From contig CBDETY010000003.1 in the NCBI GenBank assembly GCA_965243025.1, positions 2,656,001-2,720,000 on the forward strand: a stretch of DNA of 64,000 nt, given 5' to 3'. Each line of letters starts with the position of its first letter. The first letter of the stretch is position 1. This document shows, one piece after another, positions 1-8,388 of this stretch. Under the pieces are notes generated by a model, which had not been told where the DNA came from, ran no database searches, and was given only the letters and a program-made list of their open reading frames with translations. A program made the position numbers and the translations under genes. Source of the DNA: Candidatus Latescibacterota bacterium. GTDB lineage: Bacteria; Latescibacterota; UBA2968; UBA8231.

Positions 1-352
1 AACCGAAGCCGATGTAGTCACCGTAGAAATCGTAAAAGTAGTCGCCGTTGATCCTGGTATCGACGTAGCGCTGATAGTACTGGCGGGCGTAGTTCGAGTA
101 TTCCGATTGCCGCCACCGGTAGTCGTTGTACAGCTCCTGTGGCACGTACCATCGCCGCGCGACAGGATCGAGGGCGCCGAACAGGACGCCCCGCCCTTTT
201 GGCTCGAAGGAGATGGCGCCCCCCTCCTGCACGCCGAGCCGGGCGCCGTACTGCTGGGCGTCGAGATCCGGGGCGTTCGCCAAGGCCGTCAGGCCCAGGA
301 ACAGGGCCGCGAAAACCGCTCTGCCAGCAGGCGGTTCGTCAATACGCGACAC
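1..352 (-). CDS. Secreted/outer-membrane protein of unknown function, N-terminal part only (runs off the window edge)
   Basis: Translated by hand: GTG at 352, MSRIDEPPAGRAVFAALFLGLTALANAPDLDAQQYGARLGVQEGGAISFEPKGRGVLFGALDPVARRWYVPQELYNDYRWRQSEYSNYARQYYQRY...; signal-peptide-like N-terminus; open to position 1; overlaps the stop of the upstream gene. Confidence 0.75.
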   Translation of the reverse strand, partial: MSRIDEPPAGRAVFAALFLGLTALANAPDLDAQQYGARLGVQEGGAISFEPKGRGVLFGALDPVARRWYVPQELYNDYRWRQSEYSNYARQYYQRYVDTRINGDYFYDFYGDYIGFG

Positions 353-2570
353 CGACGACCCCCGCGCTTTGCGCGTCAGCCGAGCCGGGAACATTCATTG
401 AGACGGCGTACACATAGTTGCCGGGTGGGACGAGCTCGCCGGCCTGGTTCCGTCCGTCCCATGTGTGTCGGTAGCGGCCGCTGCGGCGTCCCTGCGTTTG
501 CGAGCTGACCAGGCGACCCGAGAGGTCGAAAATCCGCACCTCTACTGCGAGCGCCGGCGCGACGTTCGTCACGTCGTACTGTATGGTCACCGTGTCGTTG
601 ATGCCGTCCTGGTTCGGCGTGAAGACGCCGATGTCCGTGCCGACATTGACGAGCAACTGGTCGACGACCTGCACGTCCACGAAGAGGTTCCTCTCCTTGA
701 GCGTTCCGACAGGCCCGGTCACGACGTCGTCGGGATCCACCAGCTGTCCACGGCTCAGATCGGTTGCATTCCCCGCTATCACCGGATGCGCGAACAGCCT
801 GTCGGCGCTGTTCCGCGCCCCGCCGCTGAACCGCGTTCCCACTCGCAGGACGGCGCTGCTGAAGTCGATTTTCAAGAGAGTGCTGTCCCGCTGCACCTGG
901 GGGAAGGAGATGACGAACCCGTCTTGCCGCGATACTTCGATGCCGAACTGCCCCTGTGTCACCGGTGGATTCGCCAGCGACTGCCCGGTGAAGTCGGCGA
1001 AGGTGACATTTCCATCCGGCTCTGAGATCTCGACCCGGCCGACGCTCTCAGTCCTCACCGGCGTCCTGACCTCGAAGCGGTCGAACCCGGCATCCCGCCC
1101 GTCAGATCTGTAGAGGACGGCGTAGGTGAACTCCGTCTCCCGGCCGACCTCGGCTTGGCGCGGGAAGATTTCGGCTATGAGTGATTGGGCGAAGGCGGGT
1201 TTCGTCACGTCCACGGCAAGGGCCCCGGTCCCGGTGGCGGCGTTGAAGCTGTCGTTGAAGAATTGGATCATGAACTGGAAGTACCGTCGCGGCGTCGGTG
1301 AGGCAACCGGCGTTCCGGCCAGGGGATCCGCGAGCCGGCCTTCGTCCACGACGCCATCCAGAGGATAGGGCGCCGACCACGAGCTCCAGTTCGTCAGATC
1401 GTCCCGGATGACGGACCTCTCGTCGGCGTCGAGGTCGAAATAGTCTTCCTCGTCGAGGGCGAGGCGCAGCCGGTCCTCCAGCGGCAAACTGGTGAAGTCC
1501 AGCAACACCTCGCGCCCGTCGCGGGATTCGTGATCCAGAAGCGTTTCCACCACCGACTTCAGGTCCGCGTCCTCCACGTCCTCGGCCTTCTTCCACAGGG
1601 CATCGATGGGCACATCGGTGATGAGGGCGCCCGATCGGAGCTGGCGGCCCGAGGATTGCACGCCGATGCGGGTGTACTCAACCGGTTCGGGATCGATTCC
1701 CGTCCGGGTGCGGATCAGAGCCCGAGACCTGGCCTCGTCGCCGATTTTTTCCCGGACCCAGCGCAGGTTTCCGAGGATCGCCGGTTCACCGAAGTCGAAG
1801 ATGTCCGAAAGATACAGGGCCTGTGGCGCAAACCCCTCGCTGAACACCTCGAACTCGGCGATCTCGAAGGTGGGCAGGGCCGTGGATCGGAAGCGGATAT
1901 GGCGTACGAATCTCGTGTCGAAGCGGATGTCGACATCGACCTCCTCATTCTGCCCTTCTTCTGCCACTTCGTCCCAGATCAGACTGTTAGCCCGTACGGC
2001 CTCCGGAGACCCATCGTTGAGGAACAGCTGGTAGCCCTTGGTGAAGTCGCGCCTGAAGGCGGCGCGCGGAGAGAACCGGATGCGGTTGACGGCGAACACC
2101 GAACCGAGGTCGAAATTGAGGATCAGACCCTTGGCACCCGATGCTCCGAAACGCTCCGCCGCGACGACGAGGGCCGTATTGGCATCGCCGTCGTGCATGT
2201 TCCTGAAGTCGGGTTCGAGAATCTCGAAGGACGGGATCGGTGTTTTCACGCTCCCGCCCCTGGACGCCGACGTGAAACCGATGAGGATGTTCTCATTCGT
2301 GTCCGCCTCCGAGGGAAAAATCCAGGTCTCTTTCCCCTCGCGCTCGAAGTCCACGACGCCACCAGGAGTGTTCGTGTGCTCGATCGCCTGGTCAGACACG
2401 ATCACGGTGGCCGCGACCTGGCCACCGCCGTCGCGCCACGGAAGGCCGTCGACCCCACCCATGACCAGGAGCTCCGTGGCCGCCGTGGCGGCCGAAATCG
2501 AGGCGGCCAGAAACGTCGCAACCAGACCGGCACGCACGTTGACTATCGCTGTCAGCAGAGGATTACACAT
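339..2570 (-). CDS. Secreted protein with discoidin-like segment and C-terminal FlgD Ig-like domain
   Basis: 743 aa; hydrophobic signal peptide; 'FTPNQDGINDTVTIQY...VRIFDLSGRLV...WDGRNQAGELVPPGNYVY' is the FlgD_ig-type C-terminal signature. Confidence 0.8.
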   Translation of the reverse strand: MCNPLLTAIVNVRAGLVATFLAASISAATAATELLVMGGVDGLPWRDGGGQVAATVIVSDQAIEHTNTPGGVVDFEREGKETWIFPSEADTNENILIGFTSASRGGSVKTPIPSFEILEPDFRNMHDGDANTALVVAAERFGASGAKGLILNFDLGSVFAVNRIRFSPRAAFRRDFTKGYQLFLNDGSPEAVRANSLIWDEVAEEGQNEEVDVDIRFDTRFVRHIRFRSTALPTFEIAEFEVFSEGFAPQALYLSDIFDFGEPAILGNLRWVREKIGDEARSRALIRTRTGIDPEPVEYTRIGVQSSGRQLRSGALITDVPIDALWKKAEDVEDADLKSVVETLLDHESRDGREVLLDFTSLPLEDRLRLALDEEDYFDLDADERSVIRDDLTNWSSWSAPYPLDGVVDEGRLADPLAGTPVASPTPRRYFQFMIQFFNDSFNAATGTGALAVDVTKPAFAQSLIAEIFPRQAEVGRETEFTYAVLYRSDGRDAGFDRFEVRTPVRTESVGRVEISEPDGNVTFADFTGQSLANPPVTQGQFGIEVSRQDGFVISFPQVQRDSTLLKIDFSSAVLRVGTRFSGGARNSADRLFAHPVIAGNATDLSRGQLVDPDDVVTGPVGTLKERNLFVDVQVVDQLLVNVGTDIGVFTPNQDGINDTVTIQYDVTNVAPALAVEVRIFDLSGRLVSSQTQGRRSGRYRHTWDGRNQAGELVPPGNYVYAVSMNVPGSADAQSAGVVGVAY
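2391..2477 (-). repeat. Inverted repeat copy A (87 bp, inside the 5' coding region of the FlgD-domain gene)
   Basis: Reverse complement aligns ungapped to 5211-5297 with 7 mismatches in 87 nt (manual alignment). Confidence 0.9.
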
Positions 2571-2688
2571 CGACGCAGGATTCCTCTATACCAGAAAAAG
2601 GGGAGCTCGATCCCCGTTCCTAAGAGGTAAGGTCGATTAAAGACGGCAACGTATTACTATCCGAGGCGTCGATCAAGCGGACGGCCCC

Positions 2689-4188
2689 TCAGTTCCCCCG
2701 CTGTGTCAGCTCCCTGGCCCTTTCTTTGATTCGCTCGCTGTCGTCGGGCCGGCCCAGGGTGCCGTACACATCGCTGAGGTAGAGGTGAGCCACGGCGTTC
2801 TCCGGTTGCAGCTCCGTAACCCGCTCATAGGCTGCCGCGGCGCTGTCGAACCGGGCCAGCCTCACGTACGAGGCGCCGAGATTCAGATGAGCCCGGGCGT
2901 AGGTCGGGCGCAGCTCGATGGCGCGCCGCAGCAAGCCGATGGATCCTCGAAAATCGCCTCTGCGAAAGTGGATGTCAGCACGATTCAAGAAAGCCTCGGG
3001 AAGGCTCGTGTCGAGACGGGACGCCTCCTCGAAAGCCCTCAGCGCCTCGGGAAGTCGATCCAGCTCGCGGTAGGCCCATCCGAGTCGCATCTGCGCGATG
3101 GGGTCCTCCCCATCCAGCTCGACGGCTCGCTGCAGGGGAACGACGGCTTCGTCCGCCCTGCCGCTTTCGAGGAGCGCCATGCCCAGCGCCGATTGAGGGT
3201 CCTTGCGGTCGCGATCGATCTCGGCGGATTGGCGGAGTTCGGGGATGGCCTTATCGAGCCGTCCCGCCATCATGTGGACCAGGCCCATGTGGTAGTGATC
3301 CTTCGCCGAGCCGAGTGAAACGGCTCCGTACCTCGGCGGCGTAACCTCTGCGTGGAGTCTGCCGAGCAGCTGGCGCATGCGCTTGGCTCTTTCCACAAGG
3401 CGCCGCCCTTTCTCCTGGTGGCCTTGCCGCATGTACATAGTGCCCAGAGTATATTGGATTTTGTGATCGATGGGATTGAGTTCAGCCGCTCTTTCGAGGC
3501 TGGCGACCGCTTTGTCGAAATCGCGGATGTCGCCGTAGGCCATTCCGAGGTTGAAGTAGGACTCCGCATCGTCGGGAGCGTAATGCACGGCTTTTTCGAG
3601 AGGGGATATCGCTTCCTGCCGAAGACCCTGATTCCGGTAGATGAGGCCGAGTTTCTTGTGGGCGGGGGCGACAGTGGAGTCCGCTCTCAGGGCAGAGATA
3701 AAGGCCTCGGTGGCCAGTCGAGTGCTGTCCAGGTAGTCGTACATGATGCCGAGGTTGTAGTAGGGACCGGGCCTCAGTGAATCGAGGGCAATCGCTCTTT
3801 GAAAAGCCGCGATGGCGTCTTCGCCGTGGCGCTGCCAGGTCTCGGTGTACGGTTTCGAAGTGAACCGCGCAGTGTGGATGATCCCGAGAAGCTCGAAGAA
3901 CCTGGCGTCGTCGGGTGCGAGTGCCATGGCCGCCTCGATCTGGCGCTCGGCCTCCTGGTGCCGACCAAGAGACAGATAGGACTTGGCGAGATAGAGGTGG
4001 CCTTCCCGGTCATCGGGTCGATCCCTGGCGAGCCTCTCGAGGACGTCGATCGCCGAGGCGTGCTCCCCTTTCCAGTAATGACCCTTTCCCTGCTCCAACA
4101 GCCGATTCATCTCGGCGTCGTTCTCCCCGCAGCCACCGAGGAGAGCGCCGGAGACGAGGAGGACAAGTCCGAGCGGGATGGCGCACAT
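2689..4188 (-). CDS. Tetratricopeptide repeat protein, probable lipoprotein
   Basis: 499 aa; lipobox-like LLGG-C; many TPR repeats (e.g. AHKKLGLIYRNQG, YFNLGMAYGD, AHLNLGASYVRL). Confidence 0.85.
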   Translation of the reverse strand: MCAIPLGLVLLVSGALLGGCGENDAEMNRLLEQGKGHYWKGEHASAIDVLERLARDRPDDREGHLYLAKSYLSLGRHQEAERQIEAAMALAPDDARFFELLGIIHTARFTSKPYTETWQRHGEDAIAAFQRAIALDSLRPGPYYNLGIMYDYLDSTRLATEAFISALRADSTVAPAHKKLGLIYRNQGLRQEAISPLEKAVHYAPDDAESYFNLGMAYGDIRDFDKAVASLERAAELNPIDHKIQYTLGTMYMRQGHQEKGRRLVERAKRMRQLLGRLHAEVTPPRYGAVSLGSAKDHYHMGLVHMMAGRLDKAIPELRQSAEIDRDRKDPQSALGMALLESGRADEAVVPLQRAVELDGEDPIAQMRLGWAYRELDRLPEALRAFEEASRLDTSLPEAFLNRADIHFRRGDFRGSIGLLRRAIELRPTYARAHLNLGASYVRLARFDSAAAAYERVTELQPENAVAHLYLSDVYGTLGRPDDSERIKERARELTQRGN

Positions 4189-4225
4189 AAAAACAGGGGG
4201 AGGCTTGATCAGCCCCCCCCTGTTT
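4189..4225 (-). terminator. Rho-independent terminator after the 4248-5180 gene
   Basis: Stem aaacagggggaggc / gcccccccctgttt followed by TTTTTAT on the minus strand. Confidence 0.65.
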
Positions 4226-4247
4226 CTGGTGTTCGTTGGAAGCCGTT

Positions 4248-5180
4248 CTACCTGGCCACTGAAGCCTTTATCCGGCCCCAGCTGTCCTCCTCGACCGCGG
4301 AGGGGAAGTCATCAGCGACCTCCATGAGCTGAAAATCGGCCCAGAAATCGGCGTCGCCGAACGCGGCGCCTTGCGCCGAGAGCACCCACCTGCTTGCCGT
4401 TCCGGGAGGCACATCCTCAGTGTCGTCATTCTCTTCGTTGTGATCAAAATCCTTGAGGCGGGGGTGCGCGCCGATGATCTCACCGGCCTCGAAGTCGTGC
4501 AGGGGCGCGTCGGGATCCGCCCAGTTGAAGTCGTCCCAGAAGACCTGGTACCACTCGACGTTCTTCCTGGTCGGCGCGAGGCTGCAGGGCTCTCCCTCGG
4601 TATACTCGAACGCGTGGTCGGTATATCTCGGGGCGTCGTACCAGTCCGCATTGGTCATCCAGAACCAAGTCCAGCCAAAGACCCCCCGATGGGTAGTACC
4701 ACAACCCCCGCTGAAGGACCAGTGGAAGGGTTGGGCGTGGCGGCCCCGCTCGCGATTATTCTCCTCGTCCGTCCCGTCGAACCACATGCTGCCCCCCGAG
4801 TGGTCGGCGTCGAGACCGAACTCGAAATTGTCGTGGGGGGTGGAAGTCTCATAGTCGTCGTATTCTTCGTAGGCGAAGTAGATGCGGTTCGTCTCGTCGT
4901 TCCAGCTCATGAGGAAACGCATGTCCCAGCTCGCAGGATCGGCCGTCTCGCCCTGGGCGACCCTGGCCTCCGCCTGGTCGTAGTTCTGAATGAGGTCCTC
5001 TGGCAGGAGCCAGAACTCCCTCGGGACGATGTCGTACTCCGACATGTCCGCATCGAGTACCGGCACGGCGCCAGCCGGCCACTGCCAGACCGGAGCCAGA
5101 AATTCCGGTGGATCGTGGGCTATGGTCGCGGAGTTGAAGGCGAAAAGGCCCGCTGCTGCGAGCAGGATCGGCTTTCTCAT
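4248..5180 (-). CDS. Secreted protein with C-terminal 'AVEEDSWGRIK' motif (possible CBM9/DOMON-like fold)
   Basis: ATG at 5180 preceded by AGGAGG; signal peptide MRKPILLAAAGLFAFNSATIA; acidic Trp-rich body; ends FPSAVEEDSWGRIKASVAR. Confidence 0.8.
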   Translation of the reverse strand: MRKPILLAAAGLFAFNSATIAHDPPEFLAPVWQWPAGAVPVLDADMSEYDIVPREFWLLPEDLIQNYDQAEARVAQGETADPASWDMRFLMSWNDETNRIYFAYEEYDDYETSTPHDNFEFGLDADHSGGSMWFDGTDEENNRERGRHAQPFHWSFSGGCGTTHRGVFGWTWFWMTNADWYDAPRYTDHAFEYTEGEPCSLAPTRKNVEWYQVFWDDFNWADPDAPLHDFEAGEIIGAHPRLKDFDHNEENDDTEDVPPGTASRWVLSAQGAAFGDADFWADFQLMEVADDFPSAVEEDSWGRIKASVAR

Positions 5181-5210
5181 AAGAGTTCCTCCTGTCTGAG
5201 AGGTTAGTAT

Positions 5211-5297
5211 ACGGAGCTTCTGGTCATGGGTGGAGTCGACGGCCTTCCGTGGCGCGACGGCGGTGGCCGGATCGCGGCCCCCATGATCGTGTCGGAC
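5211..5297 (+). repeat. Inverted repeat copy B (87 bp, non-coding copy in the leader of the 4248-5180 gene)
   Basis: Encodes TELLVMGGVDGLPWRDGGGRIAAPMIVSD versus TELLVMGGVDGLPWRDGGGQVAATVIVSD in the FlgD-domain gene, in opposite orientation. Confidence 0.9.
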
Positions 5298-5312
5298 GCG
5301 GAATTGTGGGAT

Positions 5313-5341
5313 AGGGTACCACAATCGGACACTTCGAGCAA
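5313..5341 (-). promoter_or_regulatory. Putative sigma70 promoter for the 4248-5180 gene, overlapped by a palindrome
   Basis: Minus strand TTGCTC-N17-TACCCT with extended TG; palindrome ATTGTGG-N9-CCACAAT at 5303-5325. Confidence 0.45.
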
Positions 5342-5442
5342 GCAAAATCTTCCGCCTCCGCCGCCCCGGGGGGGCTACGGCGTAACATATTGGAAAACAT
5401 TCCCTTAATCGGTGCAGGCCCCGGGTGGGAGACTCGGGCTCC

Positions 5443-5744
5443 TTATCGGTCTATCCGCTGTACGCTGCAGTGGTGCAGGGCTTCGAGTGAGTGGCAGCTG
5501 CCGTTTGCCAGAGACCTGCCTGTCCCCAGTTTCCGGCGCGTAAAGACCCGGCCCTGCAGCGCAGCACCGCGGCGGTTCGGACAGTCCTCGATCTTTTCTG
5601 CAGCTCCCCGGCCAAGGACGCCGCCGACCGCACTGCCCCCCACCTGCATTCTCCGATATCGGTGCTGCCGTCCTGCCTGAAGCCGACCACGTCGACTTGC
5701 GTGACCTTGTCCCGGTACTCCCCGATTTCGCAGGCGGCATTCAC
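5443..5744 (-). pseudogene. Frameshifted C-terminal fragment of an ATPase-associated DUF234 / PD-(D/E)XK-like domain
   Basis: One frame gives IGEYRDKVTQVDVVGFRQDGSTDIGECRWG (resembles ID..GECKW), continued after a frameshift near 5600 by EKIEDCPNRRGAALQGRVFTRRK; no N-terminal ATPase part. Confidence 0.5.
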
Positions 5745-5935
5745 ACCTTCGCGTTCGAAGCGTCGTCTGGAGTCTCTGAACTTTTCCCGGAGCTGTCAGG
5801 CTTTCGCCAGTCCCCATGTCCTGTCCTCCGCTGCTCTCGAACCAAGGCCCCTTCCCTCCACCGGCATTACCCGGCTTCCTCGGTACTACGGTGCCTCTCC
5901 GCAACAGGGGTAGGCTGGCAGGCCCCGCGCGGAAC
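5745..5935 (-). mobile_element. Group II intron remnant (domain III region plus first ~20 codons of the RT/maturase)
   Basis: Minus strand GTAGTACCGAGGAAGCCGGGTAATGCCGGTGGAGGGAAGGGGCCTTGGTTC resembles the bacterial group II intron DIII region; followed by SLTAPGKVQRLQTTL, like the IEP N-terminus; no YADD core or DV/DVI seen. Confidence 0.65.
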
Positions 5936-6152
5936 AGGGCAATTCCGTGACCACGCGCCGGGGTCCGCCCCTCCCACGAGACTTTCCGGAAATCTGAAGA
6001 GGGAGCTCGGGCTTGCAAAACCCCGGACGATTGGTTAGATACAGTGATTCGTTTCCGCCCGCATTAACTCCACTGCTGCAGATGCGGCGCTTCCCGCCTC
6101 AACCAACCTCGCCGAAAATCAGCCACCCGATCCACTACAGGAGAACAGCTTT

Positions 6153-6806
6153 TTGCGTCTGATCCTTTTGGGTTCCCCTGGCTCCGGTAAGGGGACCCAG
6201 GCCAGAAGGCTTGTCGAGCACTTCGGCATCCTTCAGGTATGCACCGGCGACATGCTCCGGGAGGCCGTCGCCTCGCAAAGCGACCTCGGGGTCCTTGTCC
6301 AACATTACATGAGGACCGGGCACCTCGTGCCCGACCACCACGTCAACCAGCTCGTCGCCGAGCGCCTCGCGCAGGAAGACGCCGGCAACGGCTTCGTCAT
6401 GGACGGGTACCCACGCACCCTGCCCCAGGTCGATTCGTTCCATGAGCTGCTCGACCGCCGCGGGCTGCAGCTCGACGGCGTCATCTTCATCGACGTCCCG
6501 GACGAGGCGGTCATCCACCGCATGACCGGACGCCGCGTCGATCCGATGACCGGGGCGATCTACAACCTCCACCTCGACGGCCCCCCGTCCGGCGAGGTCG
6601 CAGGCCGCCTCGAGCAGCGCCCCGACGACACCGAGGAGGTGATCCGGGAGCGCATGGCGACCTTCCACCACGAGACCGGTCCCGTGATCGCCCGCTACCG
6701 GTGCCTCGGGAGGCTGATAACCGTCGACGGCAACGCCGATTCCGACATTGTTTTCGAGGAGATCCGGCAGCAACTCATGGCGCTGGCCCCGGAACCCCGG
6801 CAATGA
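6153..6806 (+). CDS. adk: Adenylate kinase
   Basis: GSPGSGKGTQ P-loop, TGDMLR, DGYPRT, RPDDTEE; TTG start. Confidence 0.95.
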   Translation: MRLILLGSPGSGKGTQARRLVEHFGILQVCTGDMLREAVASQSDLGVLVQHYMRTGHLVPDHHVNQLVAERLAQEDAGNGFVMDGYPRTLPQVDSFHELLDRRGLQLDGVIFIDVPDEAVIHRMTGRRVDPMTGAIYNLHLDGPPSGEVAGRLEQRPDDTEEVIRERMATFHHETGPVIARYRCLGRLITVDGNADSDIVFEEIRQQLMALAPEPRQ

Positions 6807-7132
6807 CCGCATCCGACAAGCTTTCCCTCTACAAGACCGGTCTCGACCATTACGCCCGGCAGGAGTTCGAGGCCGCGGCCGACACCTTTCGCCGGGCCCT
6901 CGAGATCGATCCTGACTTCGCGGACGTCCACCAGGCGCTCGCCCACGTCTGGGAGAAGCTCGGGGATTTCGACGCCGCTCTCGACTCGGCGAAGCGCGCC
7001 GCGGAGCTCAATCCCGGCGACTTTCTCGTCCACACCAGCCTGTCGATGTTCTACCAGCGCAAGGGGATGATCGCCGAAGCCGAGGCTTCCAAAGCCAGGG
7101 CCGCGGAACTGCAGCCGCAACAGGGAAGCTGA
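6803..7132 (+). CDS. Small TPR protein
   Basis: ATG at 6803 overlaps the adk stop (ATGA); 109 aa with 2-3 TPR repeats. Confidence 0.8.
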   Translation: MTASDKLSLYKTGLDHYARQEFEAAADTFRRALEIDPDFADVHQALAHVWEKLGDFDAALDSAKRAAELNPGDFLVHTSLSMFYQRKGMIAEAEASKARAAELQPQQGS

Positions 7133-7179
7133 TCCCGTTCGGCTGCCCCTGGCGCCTTCGGCGGCCGCCCGCAGAAACC

Positions 7180-8298
7180 ATGTCCCTCCCTTCACTCGCC
7201 ACAGCCCCGGCGCCAGCGCCTTCCGGGCCGCCCCGAAACGAGCCGGGGCCCGGCTTCCGGATCGGCCCGCATGAGATACGCCCCCTGCGCCCGGACATGC
7301 CCGTCCTCTCCCTCGCCCCTATGGCGGGAGTGGGCAACTGGGTCTTCCGCCTGATCTGCGCCCGCCTCGGGGCGCGCACCGTCGGGGTGGAGTTCATCAA
7401 CTGCCGGGTCATCGGGGAGAACTCTGCGCGCACCCGCAGGCTGCTCGACTTCTCGGACGCCGGGATCTACGACCGCACCGGGATGTCGCTGCTCGCCGCC
7501 CAGATCTACGGCAACGACATCGACCTCATCGCCGCAGGGGCGGGCGAGTTCGAGAGGCGCGGCTGCCACCTCGTCGACATCAACTTCGGGTGCAGCGTGC
7601 CCCAGATCCTGCGCAAGGGATGCGGCGCCGCCTACCTGCGCGACCTCGACCGTATGTACCGCGCCGTGCGCGCCGCGGTCGAGGCGGTTTCCGTCCCGGT
7701 CATGGTCAAGACCCGCATCGGTTGGGACGCCGATTCCGTCAACATCGTCGAGGTGATCAAGCGCTGCGAGGATGCCGGGGCCCGGGCGATCGCCGTCCAC
7801 GCCCGCACGGTGGAACAGAAATACAAGGGCCGGGCCGACTGGGGCTGGATTGCCGCGGCAGTGGAAGCAGCGAGCGTGCCGGTGTTCGGCAACGGCGACG
7901 TGCACACCTGCGAGGACGCCTTCGCCATGAGCGAGCAGACCGGATGCGCCGGCGTCATGATCGGGCGCGCCGCCATCGCCAACCCCTGGATCTTCGCCGG
8001 CAGGAGGAACGTCGGGCTGCCGGAGCGCATCGACCTCGCCATCGAGCAGCTGAAGCTGATGGCGCGCTACAAGGGGGACCGGGTCGGGGTGCTCGAAACC
8101 CGCAAGCACCTCGCCCTCTACTTCAAGGACCTGGGCAGGAACTCGGAGACGCGGCGCAGGATCCTGACCACGGCGTCGCTGCCGGAGCTGATCGAGGTGC
8201 TGTGCGCCTGGAGGCAGAGCGGCGCCGAGGAGCCTGCGGCCGACCTGGGGCTGACCCACGCCGAAGCCGGGGCCCTCGCCTGGGGCGGCAACGGCTGA
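7180..8298 (+). CDS. tRNA-dihydrouridine synthase (DusB-like)
   Basis: LAPMAGV, DINFGC, VKTRIGW, VHART, GNGDV, GVMIGRAAIANPWIF. Confidence 0.9.
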   Translation: MSLPSLATAPAPAPSGPPRNEPGPGFRIGPHEIRPLRPDMPVLSLAPMAGVGNWVFRLICARLGARTVGVEFINCRVIGENSARTRRLLDFSDAGIYDRTGMSLLAAQIYGNDIDLIAAGAGEFERRGCHLVDINFGCSVPQILRKGCGAAYLRDLDRMYRAVRAAVEAVSVPVMVKTRIGWDADSVNIVEVIKRCEDAGARAIAVHARTVEQKYKGRADWGWIAAAVEAASVPVFGNGDVHTCEDAFAMSEQTGCAGVMIGRAAIANPWIFAGRRNVGLPERIDLAIEQLKLMARYKGDRVGVLETRKHLALYFKDLGRNSETRRRILTTASLPELIEVLCAWRQSGAEEPAADLGLTHAEAGALAWGGNG

Positions 8299-8388
8299 TG
8301 TCGGCTTGCGCCGCGGCCTCTTCCCCGATTGACCGCCTCTGTCCGCAGGGCCGGCATTTTGGCGCGCTTCGCCAAGGAGGATGAGCAC

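Noticed and set aside
2391-5297. The 87-bp repeat pair as a diversity-generating retroelement TR/VR
   Set aside because: Mismatches are not confined to adenines of one copy, the target is N-terminal, and no intact reverse transcriptase is present
5226-5408. 60-aa ORF starting in repeat copy B
   Set aside because: Similarity to the FlgD-domain gene stops at the repeat end; no RBS or signal peptide; overlaps a predicted opposite-strand promoter
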